Sequence record: MH791414.1
Reading direction: 5' to 3' (one strand)
DNA length: 64,000 bases
In this document: one piece after another, positions 21,199-32,034 of the stretch
Layout: each line of letters opens with the position of its first letter
Position numbering within the stretch: position 1 is the first letter of the stretch
Translations under genes and position numbers: made by a program
The notes under the pieces: generated by a model
Seen by the model: only the letters and a program-made list of their open reading frames with translations
Databases searched by the model: none
What the model was told of the DNA's origin: nothing

Positions 21199-22053
21199 TT
21201 ACGAGGTAAATGGAATTTCCAGTTTACCGTTGTGTTTGTAACCTACAACCTTGACAATATCATCAATTTTTGTTGATTCATCAAGTACATAGTTGAGGTC
21301 GATACAACGGTCGTCGAACACGAGTTCTGGAAAATTATCGTGCCTCGGAGATCTGTGAAGAAACTCAAATCCTGCTTCTAGTTGGTTTTCGTATATGTGG
21401 ATGTTGTTCATCACGTGCATTACACTACCAACCTTATGACCGGTGATCTTAGCCATCAGACAAAGAAAAAACCACGATTGGAGCATATTAGCCGGTCCAC
21501 CAAGAAGAATATCTGTACTACGTTGATACGAGGTCAGATAAAGGACATCTCCGATAAGGTGGAATTGGTGCATCATCATACAAGGACGTAAACAACCTTC
21601 GTTGAACCGGGATGGATCCCAAAAGGTAATAATTTCCCCTCGGTTATCAACCCCTTTCTGTAGATCCTCATAGACATCCCAAAGAAGGTCGTATTGTCCT
21701 TCTTGGTTCCCGAAATCTCGGGCAATCGCCCCATAAACATTCCCCATATCATCCTCACCCTTTCGGTTTGGATTAGCGAGCCATGCTTTTGTTTCGTTTG
21801 CGTTTGCGTCCCACGTGTGGGTCCCCAGATCTCGGAATTGTTTTGCGTTGGTATAACCCCGAAGATATCCAACAAATTCCGCAATAAACATTTTAAAAAA
21901 TACTTGCTTACGGGAAATCATTGGGCATTGTGTGTACATCATAACCGCAGCGGGGAAGGTTCTACAATTAGTTTTTGTTCTGTCGTTGTAGATATCAACA
22001 CCATGGCGATATACAGTTTCGACTATTTTGTAATACGATTCTTCAAAATTCAT
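21199..22053 (-). CDS. td: thymidylate synthase, no intron
   Basis: LRPC, YQRSTD, NIHIYENQ motifs; the WDANAN...WLANPNRKG insert resembles the Vibrio/Pasteurellaceae-type ThyA. Confidence 0.95.
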   Translation of the reverse strand: MNFEESYYKIVETVYRHGVDIYNDRTKTNCRTFPAAVMMYTQCPMISRKQVFFKMFIAEFVGYLRGYTNAKQFRDLGTHTWDANANETKAWLANPNRKGEDDMGNVYGAIARDFGNQEGQYDLLWDVYEDLQKGVDNRGEIITFWDPSRFNEGCLRPCMMMHQFHLIGDVLYLTSYQRSTDILLGGPANMLQSWFFLCLMAKITGHKVGSVMHVMNNIHIYENQLEAGFEFLHRSPRHDNFPELVFDDRCIDLNYVLDESTKIDDIVKVVGYKHNGKLEIPFTS

Positions 22054-22337
22054 CAGAAAATAATCCCAGATTCAGAACGATTAAAACCACCACTACCAAG
22101 TTGGTTTGACGCTTCTTTTACCGTATCAAATTGTTCATAGAGAGTAGTCATAGCCAGTTGCAATTCCGTAATTGCTTTATGGTGTGATTTGATCGTATCT
22201 TCCATAATTTTAATATTTTGTTTTTGGTTTTCTGTCTGGTTATAAAGAAGATCTACCATATGATTTAGAACAAACAAGGATTCATCGGTTGTTAGGTCTT
22301 CTTTAGTCAAAAGTTCATTAATTTCCATTTCTACCTC

Positions 22338-22859
22338 TTATTTTTTAAATTTTGTATATACTACATTTAGTCCTTCGCACGTGACTAATTTTTGAACTTC
22401 TTGGATGTTCATATTAGATGCGATCTCTTTTGTGAAATCTGAGTCCAGAAGAACATCGCAATGATAAGGTGGTGGCATAGTTGCACAAGAAACAACAGTC
22501 ATGTGTACTTCTTCCGCTAGGTCATAAAACTGATACAACATAGACGGTCCACCAATAACGCAATAATCAACATTCTGGTTATCTGTCATGTGGGTTTTAA
22601 GAAGTTCCAGATCGTCAAATATCAAATCGGGCTTCTGTCCACTTCTGGCGTATACTTCTTGTGTGGATGACAGAACTATATTCAACCTGTCTGGAAGTAG
22701 CTTAGGGAGCGATTCAAACGTATTCCTACCCATTACAACAACCTTATGTCGGGTTACGTCTTTAAATTTATTCATATCTTCTTTCAAATGGGGCCACGGC
22801 ATAGTACCGTTGTGTCCAAATTGAAGCTGTTCACCAACAGCAAAAACTAATGAAATCAT
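22338..22859 (-). CDS. frd: dihydrofolate reductase
   Basis: MPWPH..EDM..FK, VMGRNTFES, LPDRLNIVLS, VIGG. Confidence 0.95.
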   Translation of the reverse strand: MISLVFAVGEQLQFGHNGTMPWPHLKEDMNKFKDVTRHKVVVMGRNTFESLPKLLPDRLNIVLSSTQEVYARSGQKPDLIFDDLELLKTHMTDNQNVDYCVIGGPSMLYQFYDLAEEVHMTVVSCATMPPPYHCDVLLDSDFTKEIASNMNIQEVQKLVTCEGLNVVYTKFKK

Positions 22860-22884
22860 TTTATCTACCTTAAAAGAATAAAGT

Positions 22885-22907
22885 ATAGCACGGATTGACC
22901 GTGCTAT
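22885..22907 (-). terminator. intrinsic terminator
   Basis: ATAGCACGG/CCGTGCTAT 9-bp stem followed by ACTTTATTCTTTT. Confidence 0.7.
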
Positions 22908-22913
22908 TAATTT

Positions 22914-23090
22914 TTAATATGTACACTCATAACAAGAAAACATGTATTTACTTTCTTGTCTCTGATCTGGGTTCTTAATCTTAATGGGAACACCACAAAG
23001 ACAAGTGTCTTCCCAAGGAAGACACCGATGTTTCTTGTTATCTACCCCAATACATCGTATTAGGTTGTTTTCTATTTCTTCTTTTGTCAT
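22914..23090 (-). CDS. 58-aa Cys-rich protein (below ORF-track cutoff)
   Basis: Manual translation MTKEEIENNLIRCIG...HRCLPWEDTCLCG...SCYECTY. Confidence 0.6.
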   Translation of the reverse strand: MTKEEIENNLIRCIGVDNKKHRCLPWEDTCLCGVPIKIKNPDQRQESKYMFSCYECTY

Positions 23091-24486
23091 GGTTTCAAAG
23101 TTTCATCCATTTTAGTTACATCGAACAGATATACAGCCGGATATTCGCTTACGTAATTATCACATTCAAAACCAAAATACATGCTATCGCGTGATACGTC
23201 CCGGTTTGTTACTTGCATGGAATATATCTCACCATCCTTCATGTAGACAATAAGCCAATATTGTCCTTTCTCTTCAAAGAAGGTTCTCCATGGGTATTCT
23301 GTATAATCGAATTTGTACTTGACATTAGTCATAATGCGCTTTTGATCTGCATAGATATAATTCAGGTTCATTCTACTTCCTCCAAGCAAACCTCAATGAG
23401 ATCCCAATATTCTTTACTCGTGTAAGGTCCATCAAACATCAAAATTCCATCATACGGGTCGCCGTAATTGTCAATACTAATATTCCTTGCCTTAACACCA
23501 ACCCAAGAAACTGAATACACTTCTATTACGTCACCAACACCAACTATGTGAGAATCTTTAATTGGGGTGGTGATTTTATATTTCTTGCCTGCTTCGATCA
23601 TGATTTATCCTTTTTGTTTCGTGAATGCATACTAAGAACAAATAGTAGCATGATGAATTGTGCAATCAACATATTATTACCATATTCTACCATAACACCG
23701 GCCACGGTCATAATAATTGACAAAACAACAAAGAAAAGACACAAAACCAGTTCGTGGATATGATGGGCAAAACGAGTCAGAGACAACGAGGCGGCTACGT
23801 TTAAACTCCCCATCATAACAATAACACCTTCGATCATAAAATTCTCCTTTATACTTTTACAAAAAATGATTTTTCATATTCTGTGATGAAAAAATCTTGA
23901 CCACCTTTCGAAACCCAAAACCCACCAAGATCTTTATAATAGTCCTTGTGGTGAATTCGGAATGGTTCCATACCAACGATACCAGCAAATAAAAGATTAT
24001 GGACGTCTGTTTTTGGAACTTCTGATACGAATTGATTCATTGCTTCTACTGATTTGAATTTATACACGGTTAATCCTCATACGATTTACGGATTCGAACT
24101 GATATTTTTGCTTTTACCCCATAAGGCCCGCCGTGATGTTCACGCCACCAGTCTCGCGCTTCAATCATCGCTTTTGACCGGTTACACCATCCGTCTAAAT
24201 GGACTTCGAACGATTCACCTTTGATTAATGCGTTACTTCCGTAGGTTGACATGTCTGGTGTGAACTTTGCAACCCAATTATGGCTCTTATTGGATGGCTT
24301 TTTCTTTTTCTTTATCCCGAGTGCGGATTCTACCTTCGAGAGTTTACCACGAATCATTTCACCGTCGATGATTGTATAGAAATCACCGTTGTTGAGAGTT
24401 CCAATCCGTTCATCCAACATCATGAAAGAACCATCATTCATTTGGGTTTTAATCAACATGATAATCTCCTTGTTCCTACAAACACT

Positions 24487-24515
24487 ATATTAGGGAAGTA
24501 CCGCCACAAAGTCAA
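24487..24515 (-). promoter_or_regulatory. sigma70-like early promoter
   Basis: TTGACT, 17 bp, TAATAT; SD AAGGAG before ATG 24459. Confidence 0.7.
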
Positions 24516-25492
24516 TAAACTTTTGAAAATAAATCCAGAACCGCAGAAGTTTTTGCTTTTGCCTCAACTTCAAGACAACCCAAAGCAGACAGAATTTTAG
24601 CTTGTTCAATGACCATGGAGTTATCGATAAAATCGCTATGTGCTCTGGATACTTGGTCTACTTCCCGGCTTTGTGAAATATGGAAAAATGGTGTTTGGTT
24701 TCCCCAAGTGGAAATAATTCTCTTGAATGTTGTTGATCCTACATCCAAATATTCGCCAGTCATAACAAGATGGTGATGGCAGTCGTACAACATCTTGATA
24801 CCATATTTCTCACAGACAGACAAAGTATTTTGAGTATCCCCGGTGAAAATCTTACCGTTTTTATCACTGTTCTCGAAAGACAACCATGGGATAAGGTCTG
24901 AATATTGACCGTTATCAAATTCGGGGAGGTGATCTAAGTTGCCTTCCAGATGGATATTGATGCACGATTTGTCAAATGTAGTCAACCGTTCCATAAAATA
25001 TTTGTGATAAATCAGAGTGGCAAATGATTGATTCCTTGTATCTTGGCTAACAGAGTTGATGATCACAAACTGGTCTGGGTGAGTAGAAACTACAATGTTG
25101 TGTGAGTCAATTACTTTTTTGCAACGATTAAGTAACATATCCACCACGGATAACATGTCCGCGTCATAAAGAGACCCCAAAACAGGATGATCAAACAGCG
25201 GTAGAAGGTCGGAACTGACCCGCAAAGCGTGACATTCGGTTGGCATACCAGAAACAAAAACCAGTTGGTTATACAGGGCATTAAGATTTTGTTTAACTTT
25301 AGGCAACAACTTTGCCTTTAGTTTGATGGAATTTTTAGATACTACATCCAATGTAAGTAGTGATGGGTCATCAATCCCACAGATTTGCATCATACTTTTT
25401 CGGGTAACTGTACCCATTTTTGTATCTTTATGGGCGGTAAAAGTGGATTTAGACTTATCAAAAATCCCAGTCATACAAACAGTGCCAAGCAT
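24512..25492 (-). CDS. uvsE: UV-damage endonuclease (UvsE/UVDE family)
   Basis: RVSSDLLP, HPDQF, ENSD, DCHHH, HISQ and RAHSDF motifs. Confidence 0.85.
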   Translation of the reverse strand: MLGTVCMTGIFDKSKSTFTAHKDTKMGTVTRKSMMQICGIDDPSLLTLDVVSKNSIKLKAKLLPKVKQNLNALYNQLVFVSGMPTECHALRVSSDLLPLFDHPVLGSLYDADMLSVVDMLLNRCKKVIDSHNIVVSTHPDQFVIINSVSQDTRNQSFATLIYHKYFMERLTTFDKSCINIHLEGNLDHLPEFDNGQYSDLIPWLSFENSDKNGKIFTGDTQNTLSVCEKYGIKMLYDCHHHLVMTGEYLDVGSTTFKRIISTWGNQTPFFHISQSREVDQVSRAHSDFIDNSMVIEQAKILSALGCLEVEAKAKTSAVLDLFSKVY

Positions 25493-25536
25493 TTAAAAAC
25501 CCTTTACAACATAATGTGGATGTATAATAACAAAAA

Positions 25537-25556
25537 GGGTTGACCTAAGTCAACCC
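25537..25556 (-). terminator. intrinsic terminator
   Basis: GGGTTGAC/GTCAACCC stem followed by TTTTT. Confidence 0.75.
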
Positions 25557-25917
25557 CATTTTTATTGGATTCCCTTTATTTCTCGGACGTCATCAAACGT
25601 TCCACCATTCAACAGGCAAGTTACAACCTTTTTCATAACAGATTTTGTTTTGTTATTGATGGGAATATATCCAACTAGATCGTAATAACCGCTTCCATCG
25701 AATTCTAGGATTTCAACTTGTTGATTTTCTTCGTTGATACAAGTGGTGAGATAATACAGATTATGCGATTCTGGGTCGATATCGTCGCTTAGAAGCTGGT
25801 CAAACAGACCAATACAATTATCATCATATCCCCAATCAATTGTATCTTCAAACAGTTTGTCAAATTTAGTGGATTGTTCTTTAGTCATTTTAGCCATATA
25901 TATCATTCCAATTAAAC

Positions 25918-25935
25918 GGGGATGGTAACATCCCC
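25918..25935 (-). terminator. terminator after the NAMPT-like gene
   Basis: GGGGATG/CATCCCC stem followed by GTTT. Confidence 0.65.
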
Positions 25936-25946
25936 AGAGAGTTTTA

Positions 25947-27482
25947 TTATTCTACCAGACCAGCGAGAGCGCGGGCTTTAACATCCTTCCAGATTTGGAA
26001 GTTAACAAACTTACCGTCGCGGAAAGAAAGTTTCAATTCACCAGTTTCAAATTGTTCCATGGTTTGGTTTTCATACAGAACATATTCGCCGTTTTCCTTC
26101 TCTACTCGCAGCAGACCCCGAGCGGATTTTTTGCTATCCAGAGCGGTTTTCGGGTTCTTCTGCATGGACACATGAAGGTCATCGATAATGGAGTGAGTAC
26201 CCTTGATTGCAATGGAGTAGCTATCGCGAGAAGCATTCTTGAGGAAGCCCCAGCTACCAACACCCATCAACACGTTAGAGATACACCAGCCACGAGCAAT
26301 CATACCTTGTTCGATCTTGTCTTGCATTGCACCATCAATCGCCTCACCGTAGATGATCCCGATTTTCGGATTCAGTACACGAAGACCCTTTTCATTGACA
26401 GTACCACCGAAGGTATCCCACAAAATTTGCAGAGTGCCTTTGCGTTCGAGTTCATCGTCAGACTCATCATCACCCACGATAACCTCAAACGGGGTTTTCG
26501 GGCTACTGTCAGGACGAACTACAAACTTACACAGACCCAAGGAATCCGGGGTACGAGCTTCGATTTCAGGTTGCAGGGCTGCCAGATCCGAAGAGATAAA
26601 CCGATAGTAATCTTCAGAGTCAGAAACGTAACTCAGGATCCCGGTCGGATACACGTTGACCAGAAGGTCACGGACACTCTCACGCTCGGCATGTTCGAAG
26701 CCAAGAACGTTACGGTAGTAGGCGATACGCTGGGTTGCGGTTGCATGTTCAAACGCATTCACAGAGCACCCAATCAGCTCATTGTCGCTGTTTGCTCCAT
26801 AGTAGTCTTCGATATAGTCGATTGCCCAACCAGTGTCAGTACCTGCACTAAACAGCATATGACCCATACCGGAGATAGTGGAATCCTCAATACCACGATG
26901 TCCGCGAGCAGCAAAACAGTGGAATGCGATTTCAAGCCAGAAATCCGGAGCACCAGACCGTTCCATCCACTTCATGGCGGTTTTACGGTATTGACCAGAA
27001 ACCATCGCAGCATTACTCATGGGCCAAATCATTGCGCTCAGGTATGTTTCCAGATAGTTAACCAGCCAGAAGAATTCATCCAGAGTGTTGTTGACTACAA
27101 ACAGGGGAATACCCATGTTTACCCAGTTACCTTCTTCGATAGAGCGAACTTCTACCGGGAGGTAACCAAGGTCATGAAGCTTCTTCATTGCTTCAACCAT
27201 GGATTTACCGTGTTCCGGACCAATGGAGTTTTTCAGACGACGGGCAAAACGCTTAACAACCTTCTCTTTGGATTGCTTGAAGAAGTTTTGGTCCCATTGC
27301 TCTACCAGATGAGCCAGCGCATATTGCAGACCAAAGAACACCATCTTACCGTTAGAATCAATTACGTTTGCGTATTTGTCTGAACGTGGGGTCATGTTGG
27401 AAAACACTCGGGTTGTACCCTTGCAATATTGATCAATATGCGACCACTTGTAGAAGTCAGACGTCATGTGTGGATATTTCAT
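25947..27482 (-). CDS. nadV: nicotinamide phosphoribosyltransferase-family protein (NAMPT; possibly Namat of NARP1)
   Basis: SDFYKWSH, FFGLQY, HCFAARG, EH, VSDS, VRPDS, IYGE and GVGS motifs. Confidence 0.9.
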   Translation of the reverse strand: MKYPHMTSDFYKWSHIDQYCKGTTRVFSNMTPRSDKYANVIDSNGKMVFFGLQYALAHLVEQWDQNFFKQSKEKVVKRFARRLKNSIGPEHGKSMVEAMKKLHDLGYLPVEVRSIEEGNWVNMGIPLFVVNNTLDEFFWLVNYLETYLSAMIWPMSNAAMVSGQYRKTAMKWMERSGAPDFWLEIAFHCFAARGHRGIEDSTISGMGHMLFSAGTDTGWAIDYIEDYYGANSDNELIGCSVNAFEHATATQRIAYYRNVLGFEHAERESVRDLLVNVYPTGILSYVSDSEDYYRFISSDLAALQPEIEARTPDSLGLCKFVVRPDSSPKTPFEVIVGDDESDDELERKGTLQILWDTFGGTVNEKGLRVLNPKIGIIYGEAIDGAMQDKIEQGMIARGWCISNVLMGVGSWGFLKNASRDSYSIAIKGTHSIIDDLHVSMQKNPKTALDSKKSARGLLRVEKENGEYVLYENQTMEQFETGELKLSFRDGKFVNFQIWKDVKARALAGLVE

Positions 27483-27501
27483 ATTTTAATTTTCCTATTG
27501 T

Positions 27502-27508
27502 CTAAATA
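27502..27508 (+). promoter_or_regulatory. late-promoter-like CTAAATA for the homing endonuclease
   Basis: 16 nt between the motif and ATG 27525; SD GAGGT in between. Confidence 0.6.
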
Positions 27509-27524
27509 AAGTTAGAGGTATTAT

Positions 27525-28487
27525 ATGTCAAAAGATTTTGTAATTACAAGAAAAGATATTGAATTTATTGGTTCTGAATTTCCAACACCCCAAGGAGGAA
27601 CAATCACGGTTACCGGTGTACATGGTGTAGATAAAAACAGAACTAAAATATTCACATCAACTTGCTCCATTTGTTCTAAGGATACAGAGCTATATCCCAA
27701 CGAGTTTACTTGCTTAAAAGACCATCTATTAAAAGGTTCTGTTCCTTGTGGATGTTCAAAAAACCCTTCTTTAAATGAAGCTCAAAGGATAATTCTCATA
27801 AACAGGATACTATCCAAAGAGAAGTATTCTTTCAACCACTTTATATCTGGTTACGAAAATAAACATTCTAAATTTTCTTATGAATGCCCGGAACATGGAA
27901 CACAAATTACAACCTATAACAATTTCAATAAAGGTAGACGTTGTTTAGAATGCTCCAAAGACAGAAAACGTCTCACAGATGCTGAAAATATTATGGTATC
28001 GTGTTGTGAAAGTCAAGGTTTAAATTTTATCGATTTTAAAGATGGTTATAAAAATGTCAAATCGAAGGTCATTTATAACTGCCCAAAACACGGAAACCAT
28101 ACCACAGAATTTCGAATTTTAAAATCTGGTCATGGGTGTCCTGCATGTAAATATACAGGGTTTGACGTTCATAAGCAAGCATTTTTATATCTTGTAAGAT
28201 GGAAATCCCAATCTGGAAAAACTTGGTTGAAGTATGGAATAACAAACAACCCAGTGGAATTTCGTATAAAAAGACAACAACAAACCCACGAATTAGAAAC
28301 CGGTGAATTTATAGAATATGAAATTCTTCATACCAAAAAAGGATTGGGGTCTGATATCAAATCAATAGAGTTGTTAATCAAACGTCAATTCCCACATTCC
28401 GGTATATCAAAATCAGAAATGTGGGACGGGTATACAGAGACATTAGAAGAAAAACATCTATTTGATATTTTATCAATAATTAGTTAG
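27525..28487 (+). mobile_element. free-standing homing endonuclease (Zn-ribbon repeats + C-terminal GIY-YIG-like domain)
   Basis: Repeated CPxHG...G..CxxC modules; C-terminal LYLVRW...LKYGIT...R...GYTE; only convincing plus-strand gene in the window. Confidence 0.8.
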
Positions 28488-28741
28488 CCGACTTCGGTCG
28501 GTTTTTTCTTAAAACACAGAATAGCCAGACCAATAATAAAGTCTAAAAATCCAGTAATAGCAAAAAACAAAACGGAATACATGATAAAGCTAGGCCAAAA
28601 ACCAACAAACGCAGTTCCCAAAACCGTGAACGTTGCACCTGATGGAACCAAGATAAAAAACAACGCTATGAGTGCCAGACCAATCAAGGACGCAATCGCA
28701 CCAGACTTCAAATAATCATCTCTAGACATATAATTCTCCAA
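28484..28741 (-). CDS. small membrane protein
   Basis: Mostly hydrophobic 85 aa; stop overlaps the homing endonuclease stop. Confidence 0.6.
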   Translation of the reverse strand: MENYMSRDDYLKSGAIASLIGLALIALFFILVPSGATFTVLGTAFVGFWPSFIMYSVLFFAITGFLDFIIGLAILCFKKKPTEVG

Positions 28742-28972
28742 TCAGTTTAATTCACCAAACAATAAAGACCCAACCGCGATATTATAAACGAAACTTTTGA
28801 TTTCTTCATCAGAAGATCCAGAATTTTTCATTTTTATCATAACATCTCGGACTTTTTGATTTTTTGTTACAAGATCGATTCTCTCGTTTAGGATAGACAT
28901 CATTTCTTCGCTCATAAAATCCTCATGAATTAGTCGGGAATAGGTGGCTGATCAATCAACCACCGTAAGACT

Positions 28973-29002
28973 ATACTAGCATAGACAATCTTCTTGAGTC
29001 AA
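28973..29002 (-). promoter_or_regulatory. sigma70-like promoter
   Basis: TTGACT, 18 bp, TGC-TAGTAT extended -10. Confidence 0.55.
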
Positions 29003-29011
29003 CAAAAAATA

Positions 29012-29809
29012 TCAAACGGTCCAATCATATTTGCAATATACGTTATCGATAAATTCAGAAAGATTCTCTTTCGCATTGTAAGAGAAAATACCATGGGTTA
29101 CATACAGATCAACCCGTTTTGCTCCGGCTCCCTTCAACACCTTACCAAGGTTGAGGAAAGAACGACCACCATCACAGATATCATCAACAATCAAAAGACG
29201 TTTTCCCATCACATCCTCATTGAATCGTGGGTCACTCACGACACCAGTTTGAACGTCACGTGTCTTCATAGCCTCGATAACCGGAAGGTTTACAGCCTTT
29301 GCTTGTGGGTAGATTTTTTTCAATGCACCCGCATCCGGGGATACAATTGCGTCATAATTTCGATGACTTGTTCCGCTCCAACACCATTGTTTTGTAACCT
29401 CAACATTATCAATTAGGGCAGTTGATACGTCAGAATGTGGGTCATCTAACACAACTTTATCATACTTCAAAGAATTGATAAAGTTACAGAAAACACGAAG
29501 CGACAAACTTTCTCCGTCGTTCATAACCCGGTCTTGTCGCGCATATGGAAGATAAGACAATTCCAGACGGTATGTAATATTGTTCCCAGCGAACCGACGG
29601 ATAGCGTCAGTCAAGATAGCTAGTTTCATGATATCACCATCATAAATTTTAGCCTTTACCACAATAAGATCAATTCCATCATAACCGAAATCTGTCATTT
29701 CTTTTGGAAGAGTGACGTTCCATTCTCCACCGGCAAACCGTTTAAAATCAATATCAAACCAATTATAGTGGTTTGGACCGTTCATAAATACTGTATACAT
29801 AATAAACAT
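29012..29809 (-). CDS. prs: ribose-phosphate pyrophosphokinase-family protein (possibly Adps of NARP1)
   Basis: FAGGE, YLPYARQDR, DPHS, SPDAGA, IVDDICDGG and VTHG motifs. Confidence 0.88.
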   Translation of the reverse strand: MFIMYTVFMNGPNHYNWFDIDFKRFAGGEWNVTLPKEMTDFGYDGIDLIVVKAKIYDGDIMKLAILTDAIRRFAGNNITYRLELSYLPYARQDRVMNDGESLSLRVFCNFINSLKYDKVVLDDPHSDVSTALIDNVEVTKQWCWSGTSHRNYDAIVSPDAGALKKIYPQAKAVNLPVIEAMKTRDVQTGVVSDPRFNEDVMGKRLLIVDDICDGGRSFLNLGKVLKGAGAKRVDLYVTHGIFSYNAKENLSEFIDNVYCKYDWTV

Positions 29810-29826
29810 AATAACCTCAATAAAAA

Positions 29827-30285
29827 TTAAAGTAGATCTCGAATATCACCCAAGATATCAACAAACTCAGATTCTGTCAATATGGTATTTGTGGGATCTT
29901 TACATCCCATGGTATGGGTCAAATCTCCGTCTTTGGACATTTCCAAAGCTTTTCTGAATTTTGGGCACTGTTCAAACATGGAAAGATACGCATTGTAGAT
30001 CAGACCGTCATATGCATCAGATAACCGATGCATAGGTTGTCCCTTATAATACAAGGTCTGTTCTTTTTTCCAACCCTGAAATTTCTTCCCCATACGATAT
30101 GCCCCAATACCATCCAATCCATAAAATTGTTCTGCTTGGAATGGGTCGGCACACTTTAGGGACTGTAGGAAAGCCTCAATACATCTGTATTTGATACCAT
30201 CAAATGTAAAATGGTGTTCATGTAGATTCGACAATGTTCTCTCTACGAAATCACCACTACCAGAGTATATATCATAGATTTTCAT
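29827..30285 (-). CDS. 30.3: NADAR-domain protein, T4 gp30.3-like
   Basis: EAFLQSLK...Q...F.GL.G..A...TILTESEFVDIL aligns with remembered T4 gp30.3. Confidence 0.78.
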   Translation of the reverse strand: MKIYDIYSGSGDFVERTLSNLHEHHFTFDGIKYRCIEAFLQSLKCADPFQAEQFYGLDGIGAYRMGKKFQGWKKEQTLYYKGQPMHRLSDAYDGLIYNAYLSMFEQCPKFRKALEMSKDGDLTHTMGCKDPTNTILTESEFVDILGDIRDLL

Positions 30286-32005
30286 TTTTAAAGAATAAAA
30301 AAGCTACAGATTTCAATTCCCCATTTTCGATCATCCTACCCATAGAGAAGTCTGTATATGAGGTAATATTTTCAACTGCCTGACCCATTCGATAGATATG
30401 TTCCAGCATTTTTGATTTGTCTTTTAATTCAAACCGAATAACCCAACGGGGTTGACACCCCAAATCGGCACGTGTGTATTCTGTGATTGAAATATGAACA
30501 TGATCCCGTAGGGTTTTCAGATTTGTTGGTTCGAACCATTCAACACATTGAGCTTTTTTCTGGATTGTCGCGATTACTCTCCCCAAAACAAATTGGTTGG
30601 TGTAGTCGTTTTCTTTGTTAACAATTCTCTCACCAAACGCATCAATTTCGTTTTGAAAAAACTTTCTTACATAAGTAGAGATTTTCATAATATTCCTTAA
30701 TTTAGAAGGTGTCCGTATTTATTTTGGATATTATCATAGTCGTCACCGTATTGACAAGACTTATCTTTTGCCAATACGATTTCAGCCGAGATGAATCGTT
30801 CGAAATATCCTGTAATAAACCAAGTAGAGATTTTTTGACGCTTGTCCTTGTCTACCCACATCATCATATCATCATAGATATCGTCACTCGTAGCCCAAGG
30901 CATTTTTTGAAGGATTTTCTTTAGATTATTTTCTTTATCTTTAGTCAATCCCCAATCATTGAATGCGTTATAGAATTCGATAAACTGCATCAACTCTTCA
31001 TACCCGGTCAATGCATCATCATATTGCTTCCAAGCAATACCAAGGGTATCAGAAGTTTCATATGATTTGAAGCTATCCCCAGTGACATAATTAACTTTAA
31101 TTTCATAGTGCATTGTATTATCGCTCGTTAAGGATTTTTCTTACTTCGAGTGAATATTTATCTCGCTCTCGCTCGATTTCAGAAATATTGTTTTGGATCT
31201 TTTCCATCTCCAACGTATATGCGTGGATCCGGTCATTGAATTTTTTCATATCGCAACGAATAATATCAAAAACTGACACTTCTTTTTCAGTTTTTTCAAC
31301 AGATTCGTCAATGTTTTCATTCTTATTCGTAGAAAGTGTGTTGTAAAAAACGATGGTAACTCTGTCCACACCTTTTTCAACGGTTCGAGTAACCGAGATT
31401 GGATAGACCAACATGTTTTCTGCTACGTGTGAAAACACCTTGTAAAAATATCCCATGACTTTCATATGACCGTAAATATTAACATTTTTGTTATAAATTG
31501 CAATTTTATGATTACCATGTATGTCAGTAGACCGATTAATACAAATCGAATTAGACATCCTGAAAGAGGTAGGTTCAAAAGGACCTTTATTTTTTGCCAC
31601 AATGCGACCAACCCGAGCAATAAACGCACCCATAGTGTTGTAGTTTGCCAGATTAAACACTGGCGCATCTAGACCAACACTAACATTCTTTAGAAGAACA
31701 GACCCATAAACGTCGGTCATGTTCGAGAAATAGTTACTAAGATACTTTATAAGATTTTGGTTTTTCATTTTTATCTCCTTATTTTTCTACTTTATATTCG
31801 ACTTTCTCACAACGAAGGCTCTCCAACTCGAATAATTTTGTTGTCTCTTGTTGGAGTTTAAGATCGCATACAGATTTTGTTGTTGCTAGTTCTACTTGGA
31901 ACTCCTCACAAACGATTGTGTTGTTTTCGGAAATTACACAAGAGGTAAGAATCAAAGCAAACAAAGTTTCCATATTATATTATCCTCGTTGTTTTCTATA
32001 TGGAC

Positions 32006-32034
32006 ATAATCCCAGATCTAGACCCCACTGTCAA
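32006..32034 (-). promoter_or_regulatory. sigma70-like promoter inside the 3' end of ORF 32018..32221
   Basis: TTGACA, 17 bp, TGG-GATTAT; SD GAGGA before ATG 31973. Confidence 0.55.

Noticed and set aside
21199-22053. Group I intron in td
   Set aside because: ORF is continuous and full length (284 aa)
25995-27383. 462-aa plus-strand ORF as a real protein
   Set aside because: Exactly codon-registered antisense to the NAMPT-like gene, no recognisable motifs or SD; explained by codon bias
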